Shown here piece after piece: positions 1-10,859 of a stretch of 64,000 bases of DNA (within the stretch, counting starts at the first letter, position 1; each line of letters opens with the position of its first letter). The translations under genes and the position numbers were made by a program. Origin of the DNA: Selaginella moellendorffii (lineage: Eukaryota; Plantae; Lycopodiophyta). The stretch covers positions 186,001 through 250,000 of the forward strand of contig NW_003314384.1 in assembly GCF_000143415.4 (NCBI RefSeq), in the 5' to 3' direction. Below the pieces are notes generated by a model. It was not told the origin of the DNA and made no database searches. It saw only the letters and a program-made list of their open reading frames with translations.

Positions 1-753
1 TACACCAATGCTTAATATTTTTATTTTTAAACATGAGGTTTGAACGACGGCAACATGGTACCCCTCCCTGAGTAAAAGTCAACTAGTAAATACTTCATGT
101 CTATAGTTATTGATAAATGTTCCCAATTCTTCTTATACTCCACAACAAGAATTTTTACTGGCTGAAGTAGAACAAGAACGCTTTAATATAAAAAATCCTT
201 GCTGATCATCCAACTCAAGGGTAAATTCTTTACTACCTTTTTCGTAATGCATGCATTAAACTACCACACACCCATTTTCCGGCTCTCTGTAAATTAATGC
301 TGAGACATTGTCTAGTGTGTTATCCACATGACGAGATATTGCTGATGAATGCTTAATAATAAGCAAAAGAGAAAAAACATTTATTACAAATATTATTTAT
401 TGATTGTATTTTATTTCCGTAAGTTCATATCTAAAGTTTTCCCCCAGCTTATAGTTTATTAAATTTTTGAGCTTTGTGTGAAAATTTGAAGTTTGAAACT
501 ATCATATAAAGTGTAAGAAATACCGAAAAAATTTGATACTCATACGATGCACTTCGTGAAAATATCATTCACTTCTTCACCCCATTTAGGCCGGCCGTAC
601 TTCCGGTAACACGATCCTAGATCAAGATCGAAAACTACCTGTGAACGGCTCCATAGTGCTTTAAATGAAATTCCATCCATCAACTTGGCAAATAAAGCTT
701 TTTTGCAAAACTTCCGGCTCCAATCAGTGAAAAACCAGGTGCACTCTTCTCAG

Positions 754-1218
754 TGAGGAGGTTGATCACCACTTCTCGCGTATCTCCGGGGCTTCCGGTG
801 GTAGACAAGGATTTTCACTGCGTTGGTGTTCTGTCCAGGAAGGATAGAACCAAAGGCTCTAGAGGGGTATGTATCACGATAGATTTGGCAAGGTTCTCTT
901 CTATTCCTTCCAGTTCAAGATGCCTATTCGGGAAGTGATGAGCTCGCCTGCCATCACCTTATCTGCTGACAAAACTGTATCCGGTCAGTCTAGTTTCTTA
1001 GTAGAAAAAGAAAAGAAAGAGGAGTTAAATCTAACACCGATAGCACAGATGCTGCCATGTTCATGCTCAAGAGCAAGATCCATCGGATTCCTATCGTTAA
1101 CAACTCGGACCAAGTCAGTGGTAATGTGTTTTCCCGTCTCGATCTCGCTGAGCTCGTCAATTTTCCAGGCATTGTCACGAGAACTGATATCTTCACAGCA
1201 ATGGAGGGAGGATCTTAG
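754..1218 (+). pseudogene. CBS-domain (CBSX-like) gene, 5'-incomplete, with a +1 frameshift
   Basis: Exons 754-866, 914-983, 1049-1120, 1169-1218 with GT..AG introns of 47/65/48 nt. They give EVDHHFSRISG|LPVVDKDFHCVGVLSRKD...FKMPIREVMSSPAITLSADKTVSDAAMFMLKSKIHRIPIVNNSDQVSGIVTRTDIFTAMEGGS*. An extra G in the run 788-791 shifts the frame (mutation or read error). Confidence 0.75.
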
Positions 1219-1247
1219 CGATGGAACTCCACAACTTACAAACCCAC

Positions 1248-2050
1248 GACATTGTGGCGACATTGACGATCAAAAGAACTTTGTCTCCGTATTTACTCAT
1301 GGAAACCTTCTTGCCGTGCTTGTCCTGTGAATCGATCAAAAAAGAAGAAACAAAAATGCAATGAGTTGGATGGTCTAACAACGATATCCCTGTGAATATG
1401 CTTTTCCAATGAAAGTATAGCTAATCCGTTGTAGTCTAGTTGGTCAGGATACTCGGCTCTCACCCGAGAGACCTGGGTTCAAGTCCCGGCAACGGAAGAT
1501 TCTAGAACTGGAATCTGAAGCAGGAAATCAAAACTTTTTATTTATCCTCTTTGTTTTCTCGCTTCCATTCCAATTTCTCATTTGATCCATCCAGGGCGTG
1601 TTCTTCGAAAATGTACAAGGAGCTCAACGAGCTCCACGTAAAATACGTGGACGAAGGTCCGTTTGATCTTGTGTGTCTTTGCTCCAAGCTATAGCTGCGA
1701 ATGCAGTCGCGATTCACCAGGGCTAGAGATTCTGGCATTCCCGTGCAACCAATTCGCCGGGCAAGAGACACTCCAAGAGACGGTCTCGACTCGATTTGGG
1801 CCACACTTCCCACTCCTTGAAAGGGTACAAGAGGAATTTGATAGAAATCTCTCACTTCCATGGTGATGTTTGATCCACAGGTGGATGTAAATGGCCCAAG
1901 CACCGCAGTTCCTCAAGGAATTTCACGTTTGATCAATCGAACCGGTGGAATTTCTGGGAGATACGCTCCCCACATACCACAATACAAATTGGAGGTTAGC
2001 TTTCATTCTCGCTATTTTAGTGAAGATATCAAGAGCCTGCTCCCATTTCA
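1248..2050. pseudogene. GPX: Glutathione peroxidase (GPX)-like pseudogene split by an inversion
   Basis: A 77-bp exon on the minus strand (1248-1324, DKHGKKVSMSKYGDKVLLIVNVATM). Plus-strand exons 1595-1656 (62 bp), 1721-1824 (GLEILAFPCNQFAGQE) and 1881-1994 (VDVNGP..RYAP), plus an EDIKSLL tail. The 77/62-bp sizes match the conserved plant GPX exon structure; later exons carry deletions. Confidence 0.85.
1425..1497 (+). tRNA. tRNA-Glu (anticodon CTC)
   Basis: TCCGTTG..CAACGGA acceptor stem; anticodon arm CTCGG-CT CTC AC-CCGAG; B-box GGTTCAAGTCC; downstream T-run terminator near 1535. Confidence 0.95.
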
Positions 2051-2167
2051 GGAAGAAAAGAAAAAGATTGCAGGAAGAGCCCTAAAAGTTTTTGTACTTT
2101 TTTACTAGGGTGGCAGTGTGGTTTATAGGGTTCTTCAATTCTTGGGGGCATCAGGGAGGCGCCAGGT

Positions 2168-3015
2168 ATGGCATGCGGTCAGGGGCGCCTCAATTGCTGC
2201 TACATCGACTCTTTCTACCAGCAGCAGCAGCAGCAGCATCGGGGTGTGGCATTTTTCGCGGGCGGGATTTGGAGCTCGCTGTAAGCTAGCCCCTAGATTG
2301 CCCAAGAAAGTGCTGGCGGTGGATGTGCACCAAAATGACGGAGCAGCAGCAGCAGCGAGCGCCGCTCGAGTGTAGCCAGGACGTGATCGATGCCTGTTCG
2401 TCCACACTTATCATCGAGTTCCTGTGGAGTACTTGGCCATGGCGGCTGGGATCGCTGTGAATTCCCTGGGGCATGGCGATCTGCTGTGGCTGAAAGCCGT
2501 CTTGGAGCAGGCTACCACGCTCGCGCATGTCAGCAATGTGTATCACTCCTTGCCTCAGGTATGAAATCTTTTTGTCGATGTGTTTGCATGGAAGGTCCAA
2601 GAAAAGTTCTTCTAACTGTTCATGGTGGTTCCAGGTGAGACTCGCAGAGGGATTGGTCCAATCCTGCTTTGCAGATCGCGTCTTCTTCTCCAACTCTGGC
2701 CCCGAGGCCAACGAGGCCGCAATCAAGTTTGCGAGAAAGTACCAGAGGGTGAAAGCCAAAGAGAAGAGCGACAAGCAGGCATTTCCTCCTCATCTGGTGG
2801 AAGATCCCATCCCCACGGACTTCGAGGCCTTCTCCAATAGCTTCCACGGGAGAACTCTGGACAAGTACTGGGCTCCGTTCGAACTTCGTTCGCCCGGGGT
2901 CAAGTTTGTGGAGTTCGGTAACTTGGAAGCCGCCAAGAAGGTCGTCCAGCAGCAAAGAAGTGTTTGTATCTAGCCGGTCCAGGTCGACGGTGGTGTCTAT
3001 CCAGCCATTGGCCGT
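2168..3015 (+). pseudogene. argD: Acetylornithine aminotransferase, decayed and 3'-truncated duplicate
   Basis: High identity to 7565-8485 but with several small deletions/frameshifts and a TAG at 2971. Homology ends abruptly at ~3015. Confidence 0.9.
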
Positions 3016-3284
3016 TAAAATAAGTCTAGGTAAGTAAATAATTTAGGACTTGTGGACAATGGAGAAGAACGTACGACATTTAAATTTTGTAACCATTGCA
3101 GAAAGTTCTTGGGACTTTTGAACTCACTTCTACAATAGGATGATATTATGGAGAAGGCTATAGAAAAAGGTGGAAGTGTTGGATGGCAATCCATATATGT
3201 CAAATGTGGGCGGCATTGAAGGATTCTCACGGGGTTACTCACAGGGTTTATGACAAGCTTCCCACTACCATTAAAAGTCAAAAG

Positions 3285-3420
3285 TCAAATGTTTGGAATA
3301 TGGTAATTGGCTATGGCTGTGTCATAGTATCACAAGTACACTTGTCAACATGTATGCAAAATGCCAAAGCCTTGCACATGCTTTATATGAATGCTGCTTG
3401 TGGGGATGTTCTTGCCTAAT
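3285..3420 (+). pseudogene. PPR gene relic
   Basis: NVWNMVIGY and TLVNMYAKCQSLAHA motifs in different frames. Confidence 0.45.
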
Positions 3421-3899
3421 GCTTGTGGTAGCACATAAAACATGCATTCTAGAAATAAAGATGAAACAAGAAGAAGACATTGACTATCTTCCTAAACTTA
3501 GACTTTTGTAAAATTATTGCAAACAATAGCAATTGTGAAGCTTAGAAGTCTACATAGTAATAGTTATAGTTAAATTATATAATAATTGATAAATTATTCT
3601 TCAATGAGATCATAAGCATAAGGACAGGAGTATATCCTTTACATGATATTATTGGTGCATTTTCAAATCCTGCTCTTTCAACTGTTTTTTCATTAGATAT
3701 TTATTTCTTATTATTATTATCAATTTAAATTTTGAGTGCAGGTCGCTAGGTAGAATATGATCCAAATACTCCAACCATGCATTCCCCTCTAGATAGCATG
3801 GAGTTATTAGTATCAATCCAACTGTAGGAGGCAAAACAAGTTTTCTCCCAAATAACACACAAAATGGCAAAATTGGAAATATAACAACCACCAATTTCA

Positions 3900-5945
3900 A
3901 TTCAAATACTGTGGATTTATATATTTTACAAGCATTCTTTTGAATGTCTGATTGAGCCATTCCATCAATCCATCTGTCTTAGGATGATAAGTTGATGTAC
4001 AGAATTGCTTAATATTGAGCCCCCAACATTAACACTTTAAGGACTTCAGAAGTTGGGCCACAACCTTGATTCAAAAGGATATGCTTAAGATAACTATGTC
4101 ATTATAATACCATTTGCACAAGGAATTGTGCAATGGAATTTGTTATTGTATTTAATAGTGCACACACCTCAACCCACTGAGCAAGGTAATTAAATACAAT
4201 GATAACATACTAATATCCCATAGTAGACTTTGAAAATGGCCCATCAAGTCATATACAACCAATTCAAATGGTTGTAAAACTTGAATTGGTTCTAACAACC
4301 CCCTAGTTGGCATTGTGGATATGTTAAAATGTTAACAACAAGTCTTGATATACTTCGAAACATCTTGGTGTAATTGAGGCCAATACAACTAATGCTAAAC
4401 ATTTTTTAATATTTTGTGATATCCCAAATGCCCAAACATGGGATTAATATGGAAAAATTGTAACCACTGGTTGATATAAATCTTTAGTGCAACAAAGTGA
4501 TATTTAGCACCATCACTAACATATACCAGCATATCCTTGACAATATTAAACTTCTTGGCATATATACAAAAAAGTTTTAATCATCACATGGCTCATTGCC
4601 ATCCAACACATTTTGCAACCAATAGATCCAAGGCTCCTCCTTCTAAGCAATCACTACTTGCTTATGGCTAGGCAACATATTCTCTTGAAGTGGAGAAGGC
4701 AAACCCTCCATTAGTGCCACCACCAATAGTGTATGAGATAAAACATCCACATCAACCATATTATACCCAAAGCGATGCACCATTGTGAATCTATAGTTTT
4801 GAAGTGTTAATGCCCATCTTATTAACCAACCTTACAGATTCTTACACTTAAAAATTGATGTTATAACTGTATAATCAATTTTAAGCAATGTATCAAATCC
4901 ATAAAGATATGCTTGGAACTTTGAAAATGCCCATACAATGGCCAAACATTTCTTATTTATTGCAAAATAGTTCTTTTCCATATTAGTGAGAGAACGGCTA
5001 GCATAAACAATAGAATACTATTATTTGGAGCTATCACAAAAATCTTGCATTATATCAGCACTAAGATCTATGTCAAAAGCATCTGTACAAAGGATAAACC
5101 CATAAGAGAAATCAAGATACCTCAAAACTAGTGTTGAAATCAAAAACTTCTTAAGCTCCTCAAAAGCCTTCTAGCATTTTCAAGACTATACAAACTTTAT
5201 ATCCTGTTAAAGAAAATTATGCAAAGGAAAAGCAATTTGGGAAAACCTTGGCACAAAACAAACTATCCTAAGAACCGATGTGCTAAGTAGGAAGGTATGG
5301 GGGTCATGGCATAACTTTGGGCATGAACTTAAGTGAAACCAACTCAACAACATTTTGAAGGGTTAAAAATTCATCTATAACCTGTGTGTTTTCGAGATCT
5401 AACCACACTTTATCTTGGGAGATCACGAAGCCCAAGTATTTCAACGAGTCTTGCCCAAATTTGCACTTTGGATGCTTAAGCTTGCCCAAATTTGCACTTT
5501 GGATGCTTAATGTTTCTCAAGTTTTTGAATATTTTTTCCACATGACACAATTAATCTTCTTACATGCTATCAATATGGATCAATTAGTTATCAAAATAAG
5601 CATGTGCAAATTCTTCAAACCCCTCAACCATCTCATCCATCTCATCTATAATATGTTGAAATGTGGCAGGAGCTCCTATTAACCCAAATGGTATTATTGT
5701 GAACTTATATAAACCTTTCAACATTTTAAATGCCTTTGCAACATCAATTGGATCCATAGGTATTTGCTAATACCCAAAGTTAAATCCAAGATAGTGAAAT
5801 ATCAATTGTTCCAAAGCACATTCATTAAATCATCAACCCATAACAAAAGATAGGAATTAACAACTATAACATTATTCAGAGGATGGTAGTTAATTGTAAA
5901 ATACTTGATATCATCTGGTTTTGGATTAAAGTGTGGCTCTGCAAC
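3900..5945 (-). mobile_element. Highly degenerate Ty3/Gypsy pol remnant (RT-RNaseH-integrase)
   Basis: Interrupted motifs EPHF.PKPD, IPFGL..APATFQ, LKHPKCKFG..LKYLGFVIS and NYFAINKKCLAIVWAFSK. Resembles the family at 33-53 kb but is far more decayed; boundaries approximate. Confidence 0.7.
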
Positions 5946-6266
5946 CTATTGTAGCGTATGTGATCATGGGATGAGATTTGAATATACTGTCATCATAGAT
6001 TCGTAGAATCTTGGGGAATAAATAGGGATAAAATAGCCACTAAAGGCTCTTTCATTAAGCAATTGCCCATTTTTTAATTGGCTTAAGGGGAGAGAGATAA
6101 AGTGTGCTATATGTGGTATTGGAGTAAATGGCATGGATTTAATTCCCATTGATTAATGGTTACTTAAAAATATAATGTACCTTTGAGCAAGGTATATTCC
6201 TACCTTTAAATTTGAAATTATACATATTGAGCATCCATGCGTACGTCCTTCCTCTTGTGTAGAGTA

Positions 6267-6560
6267 TCCACAGATGAAGGTATCTATCATAAGGCTGCAG
6301 TACGGGTGAATAATTAATTGCCTCACATGGAATAATTGATTTACACAATGGAAAGATTACTCTATAATTAATTGCCTCACATGGAATAATTGATTTACAC
6401 AATGGAAAGATTACTCCACAGACGAAGGTATCTGTTATAGGACTACAGTACGGGTGGATAACTAATGGAAAGATTACTCCACAGACAAAGGTATCTATCA
6501 TAGGATTACAGTACGGGTGGATAATTAATTGTTTTACATGGAATAACTAATCTACACAAT
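6267..6560. repeat. Irregular tandem repeat (modules of ~50-90 bp)
   Basis: Recurrent blocks CCACAGA.GAAGGTATCT.TCATAGG.CT.CAGTACGGGTG.ATAATTAAT and TGCCTCACATGGAATAATTGATTTACACAATGGAAAGATTACTC. Confidence 0.8.
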
Positions 6561-6696
6561 AGAAAGATTGATAGATTTAATGTGAAAATGGAAGTGTTGG
6601 TTCCCTTAGAAATAGAGGTTGTTAGTCAATAGTCACCTATGCATTACACCTATGGGCTTTATGATTTTCAAATGACTCTTAAATATAATATCTTTG

Positions 6697-6950
6697 TCAC
6701 ACACTTATTCATCATGATTTTTTCCTAAGGGGATTGCCAACAAAAACCCATCTTAAGGGCATGTATATCACTTCTAGTCGATAAATGGGGATAAAATAGT
6801 TATTAAAGACTCTTTTATCAAATAATTACCCCTTTTCCAATTAGTTTAAGGGGAGAATAAATATAGCATCTCTATCACACACTTATTTATCATGACTTTT
6901 TCCTGAGGGATCGCTAACAAAAACCGATCTTAATAGGGCATGTATCTCAC
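6697..6950. repeat. Direct repeats, probably part of an unclassified TE
   Basis: ~75-bp block CACACACTTATT.ATCATGA...GGGCATGTAT.TCACTT at ~6697 and ~6875. GGGATAAAATAG..TAAAG.CTCTTT block at ~6025 and ~6788. Confidence 0.6.
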
Positions 6951-7269
6951 TTTTGGTCTATAAATACCATACAAAGAGGATGTGTATATGAAATCTCATA
7001 TAACTGCAAAGTGCATACCACTAAATGACTTATGGAAGAAATCACCAAGCCAACCAAAACCATCATGGGTGTACTATCAATCTTGCCAGAGAAGACAAAG
7101 ATAAACCTTTCGTCATCCATCAACTCTATCCCACACATTGAGAAAAAAAGTGGAGGAGAGCTCATGTGCTTTGGAGAATGCAAAGCTGTCAAAGTTATGC
7201 ACTTTTGAGGGGGGATGTAGTGACTGAAAGTGCATGAGTGCTCACACACTTTTGAGAAGACCAAAATCG

Positions 7270-7436
7270 AGCTCCAATCTCAGAAAGCTCCAAGTAAAAT
7301 ACATGGACGAAGTTCGGTTTGCACTTGGGTGTCTTTGCTCCAAGCTATAGCTGCGAATGCAGTCGTGATTCGCCAGGGCTAGAGATTCTGGCATTCTCGT
7401 GCAACCAATTCGCCGGGCAGGAGACACTCCAAGAGA
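7270..7436 (+). pseudogene. GPX: GPX fragment (second copy, internally deleted)
   Basis: Matches 1620-1780, then jumps directly to the equivalent of ~2051 (GAAGAAAAGAAAAAGATT). The splice donor is mutated. Confidence 0.8.
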
Positions 7437-7564
7437 GGAAGAAAAGAAAAAGATTGCGGGAAGAACCCTAAAAGTTTTTGTACTTTTTTACTAGGGGCAA
7501 ATGGCAGTGGCAGTGTGGTTTATAGGGTTCTTCAATTCTTGGGGGCATCAGGGAGGCGCCAGCT

Positions 7565-9119
7565 ATGGCATGCGGTCAGGGGCGCCTCAATGGCTGCTAC
7601 ATCGACTCTTTCTACCAGCAGCAGCAGCAGCAGCATCGGGGAGTGGCATTGTCGCGGGCGGGATTTGGAGCTCGCTGTAAGCTCGCCCCTAGATTGCCCA
7701 AGAAAGTGCTGGCGGTGGATGTGCGCCAAAATGCGGCCACGCAGCAGCAGCAGCAGCGAGTGCCGCTCGAGTGTAGCCAGGACGTGATCGATGCCGAGGC
7801 GAGGCTGTTCGTCCACACTTATGATCGAGTTCCAGTGGCGTTTGTGAGGGGGCATGGATGCAAGCTCTACGACATCGATGGGAAGGAGTACTTGGACATG
7901 GCGGCTGGGATCGCTGTGAATTCCCTGGGGCATGGCGATCCGCTGTGGGTGAAAGCCGTCTTGGAGCAGGCTACCACGCTCGCGCATGTCAGCAATGTTT
8001 ATCACTCCTTGCCTCAGGTATGAAATCTCTTCTCGATGTGTTTGCATGGAAAACTTCTTCTGTTCATGGTGGTTCCAGGTGAGACTCGCAGAGAGATTGG
8101 TCCAATCCTGCTTTGCAGATCGCGTCTTCTTCTCAAACTCTGGCACCGAGGCCAACGAGGCCGCAATCAAGTTTGCGAGAAAGTACCAGAGGGTGAAAGC
8201 CAAAGAGAAGAGTGACAAGCAGGCATCTCCTCCTCTGGTGGAAGGGCCCATCGCCACAGACTTCGTGGCCTTCTCCAATAGCTTCCACGGGAGAACTCTG
8301 GGAGCCCTGGCGCTGACGAGCAAGGACAAGTACCGGGCTCCGTTCGAGCCAATCATGCCCGGGGTCAAGTTTGTGGAGTTCGGCAACTTGGAAGCCGCCA
8401 AGAAGATCGTCCAGCAGCAGAGAACCGCGGCGGTGTTTGTAGAGCCGGTCCAGGGCGAAGGCGGTGTCTATCCAGCGATTGGCCATTTCCTCGAAGGCCT
8501 TCGAGCGCTGTGCTCCAGCACTGGAACTCTCCTAGTCTTTGACGAGGTACTCTCTCTTTTTGTTTCTTTCGTCAACTCCTCCAAAAACTTCCAGGTCCAG
8601 TGCGGTCTCGGCAGAACTGGAAAGCTATGGGCTCACGAAGCATACGGCATAGAGCCGGATATCATGACTCTGGCCAAGCCGCTTGCTGGGGGGTTGCCGA
8701 TTGGAGCTGTCCTCGTGACTCAAGCAGTAGCGGACGCCATCGTTCCAGGCGATCACGGCAGCACTTTCGCCGGGAGTCCTCTGGTTTGCAGCGCGGCTCT
8801 GGCAGTTCTCGATCGTCTCCAAGAGCCCGGCTTTCTAGACAGCATCGCAGGCAAAGGCAACCATCTGCGAGAGCTCCTGACGCGAAGACTGGCACCGTTC
8901 GCGCACGTAAAAGAAGTCCGTGGTGCCGGGCTGCTGGTTGGGATTCAGCTGGACGTATCGGCGGCGCCGCTGGTGACGGCGGCTCGCAGCAAAGGGCTGA
9001 TCGTTCTGACGGCGGGGGCCGGGGACGTGGTGAGGCTAGCGCCGCCGCTGGTCATCTCGGAGGCGGAGCTGGAGCACTGCGTGGAAATCCTCGTGAGCTG
9101 CATTTCTTCTCTGGATTGA
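7565..9119 (+). CDS. argD: Acetylornithine aminotransferase, organellar (class III PLP aminotransferase)
   Basis: Exons 7565-8017, 8079-8546, 8595-9119 (introns 61 and 48 nt). Motifs [71 protein letters not shown] (PLP Lys), HGSTFAG. Gln-rich transit-like N-terminus. Confidence 0.95.
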
Positions 9120-10067
9120 TGAAGAGCCTTCGGAGAAAAACACAACTCGGCCACGGCTCTAGTTGGCCGCCCAAAATCCTTGACGAAGCGATCCGATACA
9201 CGACACTCTTAGTCAAGAAGGGTTTAAGTTCCTCGTCTGGACTCCAACGATCCTTGATTTTGTTCTAATTCCTGCTTCTGGAATGTGGTACCGCGATAAA
9301 GTAGACGGTCTCTCGCTTCTCCACACACACACATCTTATCTATGCCCTACGCTCTTTGCAAATGGCTCCTCGTCTCCTCACACTTTTGATCTTGATGGTG
9401 GTGACTCTGGGAGTGATCGAAGTGAGTGGTCTCGATCCTTTTTTGCCGTGATAGAATGAAACAAACAAGAGAGCGAACCCTAGGCCAACCTCCCAACCCT
9501 TAAGGTTTTTTGCCGTGATAGAATGAAACAAACAAGAGAGCAAACCTTAGGCCAACTTGTGTTACAGCCTTAAATCCCACAGGCCATGGAATATTTTCGG
9601 AATATTTTTGTGGTTCTTGTTATTTTCCCCTCCCTCATGACCCAGCCAAATGAGCCTCATATGAAGGGAGTCCAAGGCAATACGGCCATGGAGAAAAGAT
9701 GTGCAAACGGCAACACTAACATCGTGACAAACAGCCACGAAAGAAAGAAAGTAATATAGCTTTCTCACATGACAATACAGTCATAGAAATAAGAGAATGA
9801 GAATAGAATAAATGGCTCAAATCATATAGTAATATGTCTATAGAACTCAATTCTCCCCTTCCTCAGGAATGTTATCCAAGTCATAACCAAAACTCGGAAA
9901 CACTCTCTTCACATCATCCTCAATTTCCCATGTAGCTTCATCCATGGAATAACCATTCCATTGAACTAACAACTCCCTAGTTGTTTTCCAGCGTGGTGAA
10001 ATCCCTAGTTGTTTTCCGGCGTGTTTTCACCAATCTTTGAGTAAGAATATTGGCCGAACCAGCCTTC

Positions 10068-10859
10068 TATAAGCTCCTAAGTTTGGACTTCCCGGGAGGT
10101 CACCCAACCCAGTACTATTCAAACCCAAGGACGCTTAACCCCAAATATCTCAAGACCCTTAACCGATTGGAAAAAAGGGTGCACTCTTGTTCATGAGCCC
10201 TTTCCCTCTATATTTAAACCCCATGGATCTTCTCTCAAGTCATTCCCTTTGATTGCTTATAATCCACCATGCTTCCCTGCAAGTTCACGCCCTCGTGAAC
10301 GAAAGCTGAGAGCCACAACGCTCCCGAGAGCCCCACTCTCTTGACACCCTACCCCTCGGGTTGAGCCCAACGGGAGCAAACTGGACTAGCCAAATGTCAA
10401 TCAACATGTGGTGTGATTCCCTTAGCCAATCAACAGAGTCGGACTCGAGGCCCCTCTGATACCAAATGTAAGCTCCTGAGTTTGGACTTCCCGGGAGGTC
10501 ACCCAGCCCAGTACTATTCAAACCCAAGGATGCTTAACCCTAAATATCCCAAGACCTTTAACCGATTGGAAAAGGGGGTGCACTCTTGTTCATGGGCTCT
10601 TTCTGTAAGCAACCAAAGGGAACGATTCGAGAGACAGTCCATGGGGTTCAAATATAGAGGGAAAGGGCTCATGAACAAGAGTGCACCCCCTTTTCCAATC
10701 GGTTAAGGGTCTTGGGATATTTGGGGTTAAGCGTCCTTGGGTTTGAATAGTACTGGGTTGGGTGACCTCCTGGGAAGTCTAAACTTAAGAGCTTACACTT
10801 TCCCTTTATATTTGAACCCTATGGATTGTCTCTCGAGTCGTTCCCTTTGGTTGCTTACA
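10068..10859 (-). mobile_element. Cassandra-type TRIM with 5S rRNA-derived LTR core
   Basis: 194-bp LTRs (10068-10261; 10467-10603 + 10798-10859); ~205-bp non-coding interior; PBS TGGTATCAGAGG (10453-10464); TSD CCTTC (10063-10067, 10860-10864). The LTR contains GTTAAGCGTCCTTGGG..AGTACTGGGTTGGGTGACCTCCCGGGAAGTCC, matching the 5S internal promoter region. Confidence 0.92.
10604..10797 (+). mobile_element. Solo LTR of the same Cassandra family, inserted in inverted orientation into the host element's LTR
   Basis: TGTAAGC...GCTTACA, 194 bp, reverse complement of the flanking LTR; imperfect TSD CTTTC/CTTTT; 5S-like core at 10726-10780. Confidence 0.9.

Noticed and set aside
6267-6560. CRISPR-like array
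   Set aside because: No constant repeat with unique spacers; eukaryotic context; irregular tandem duplication.
10085-10780. 5S rRNA genes
   Set aside because: Only the ~55-bp internal promoter part is present and it lies inside LTRs; this is Cassandra, not rDNA.
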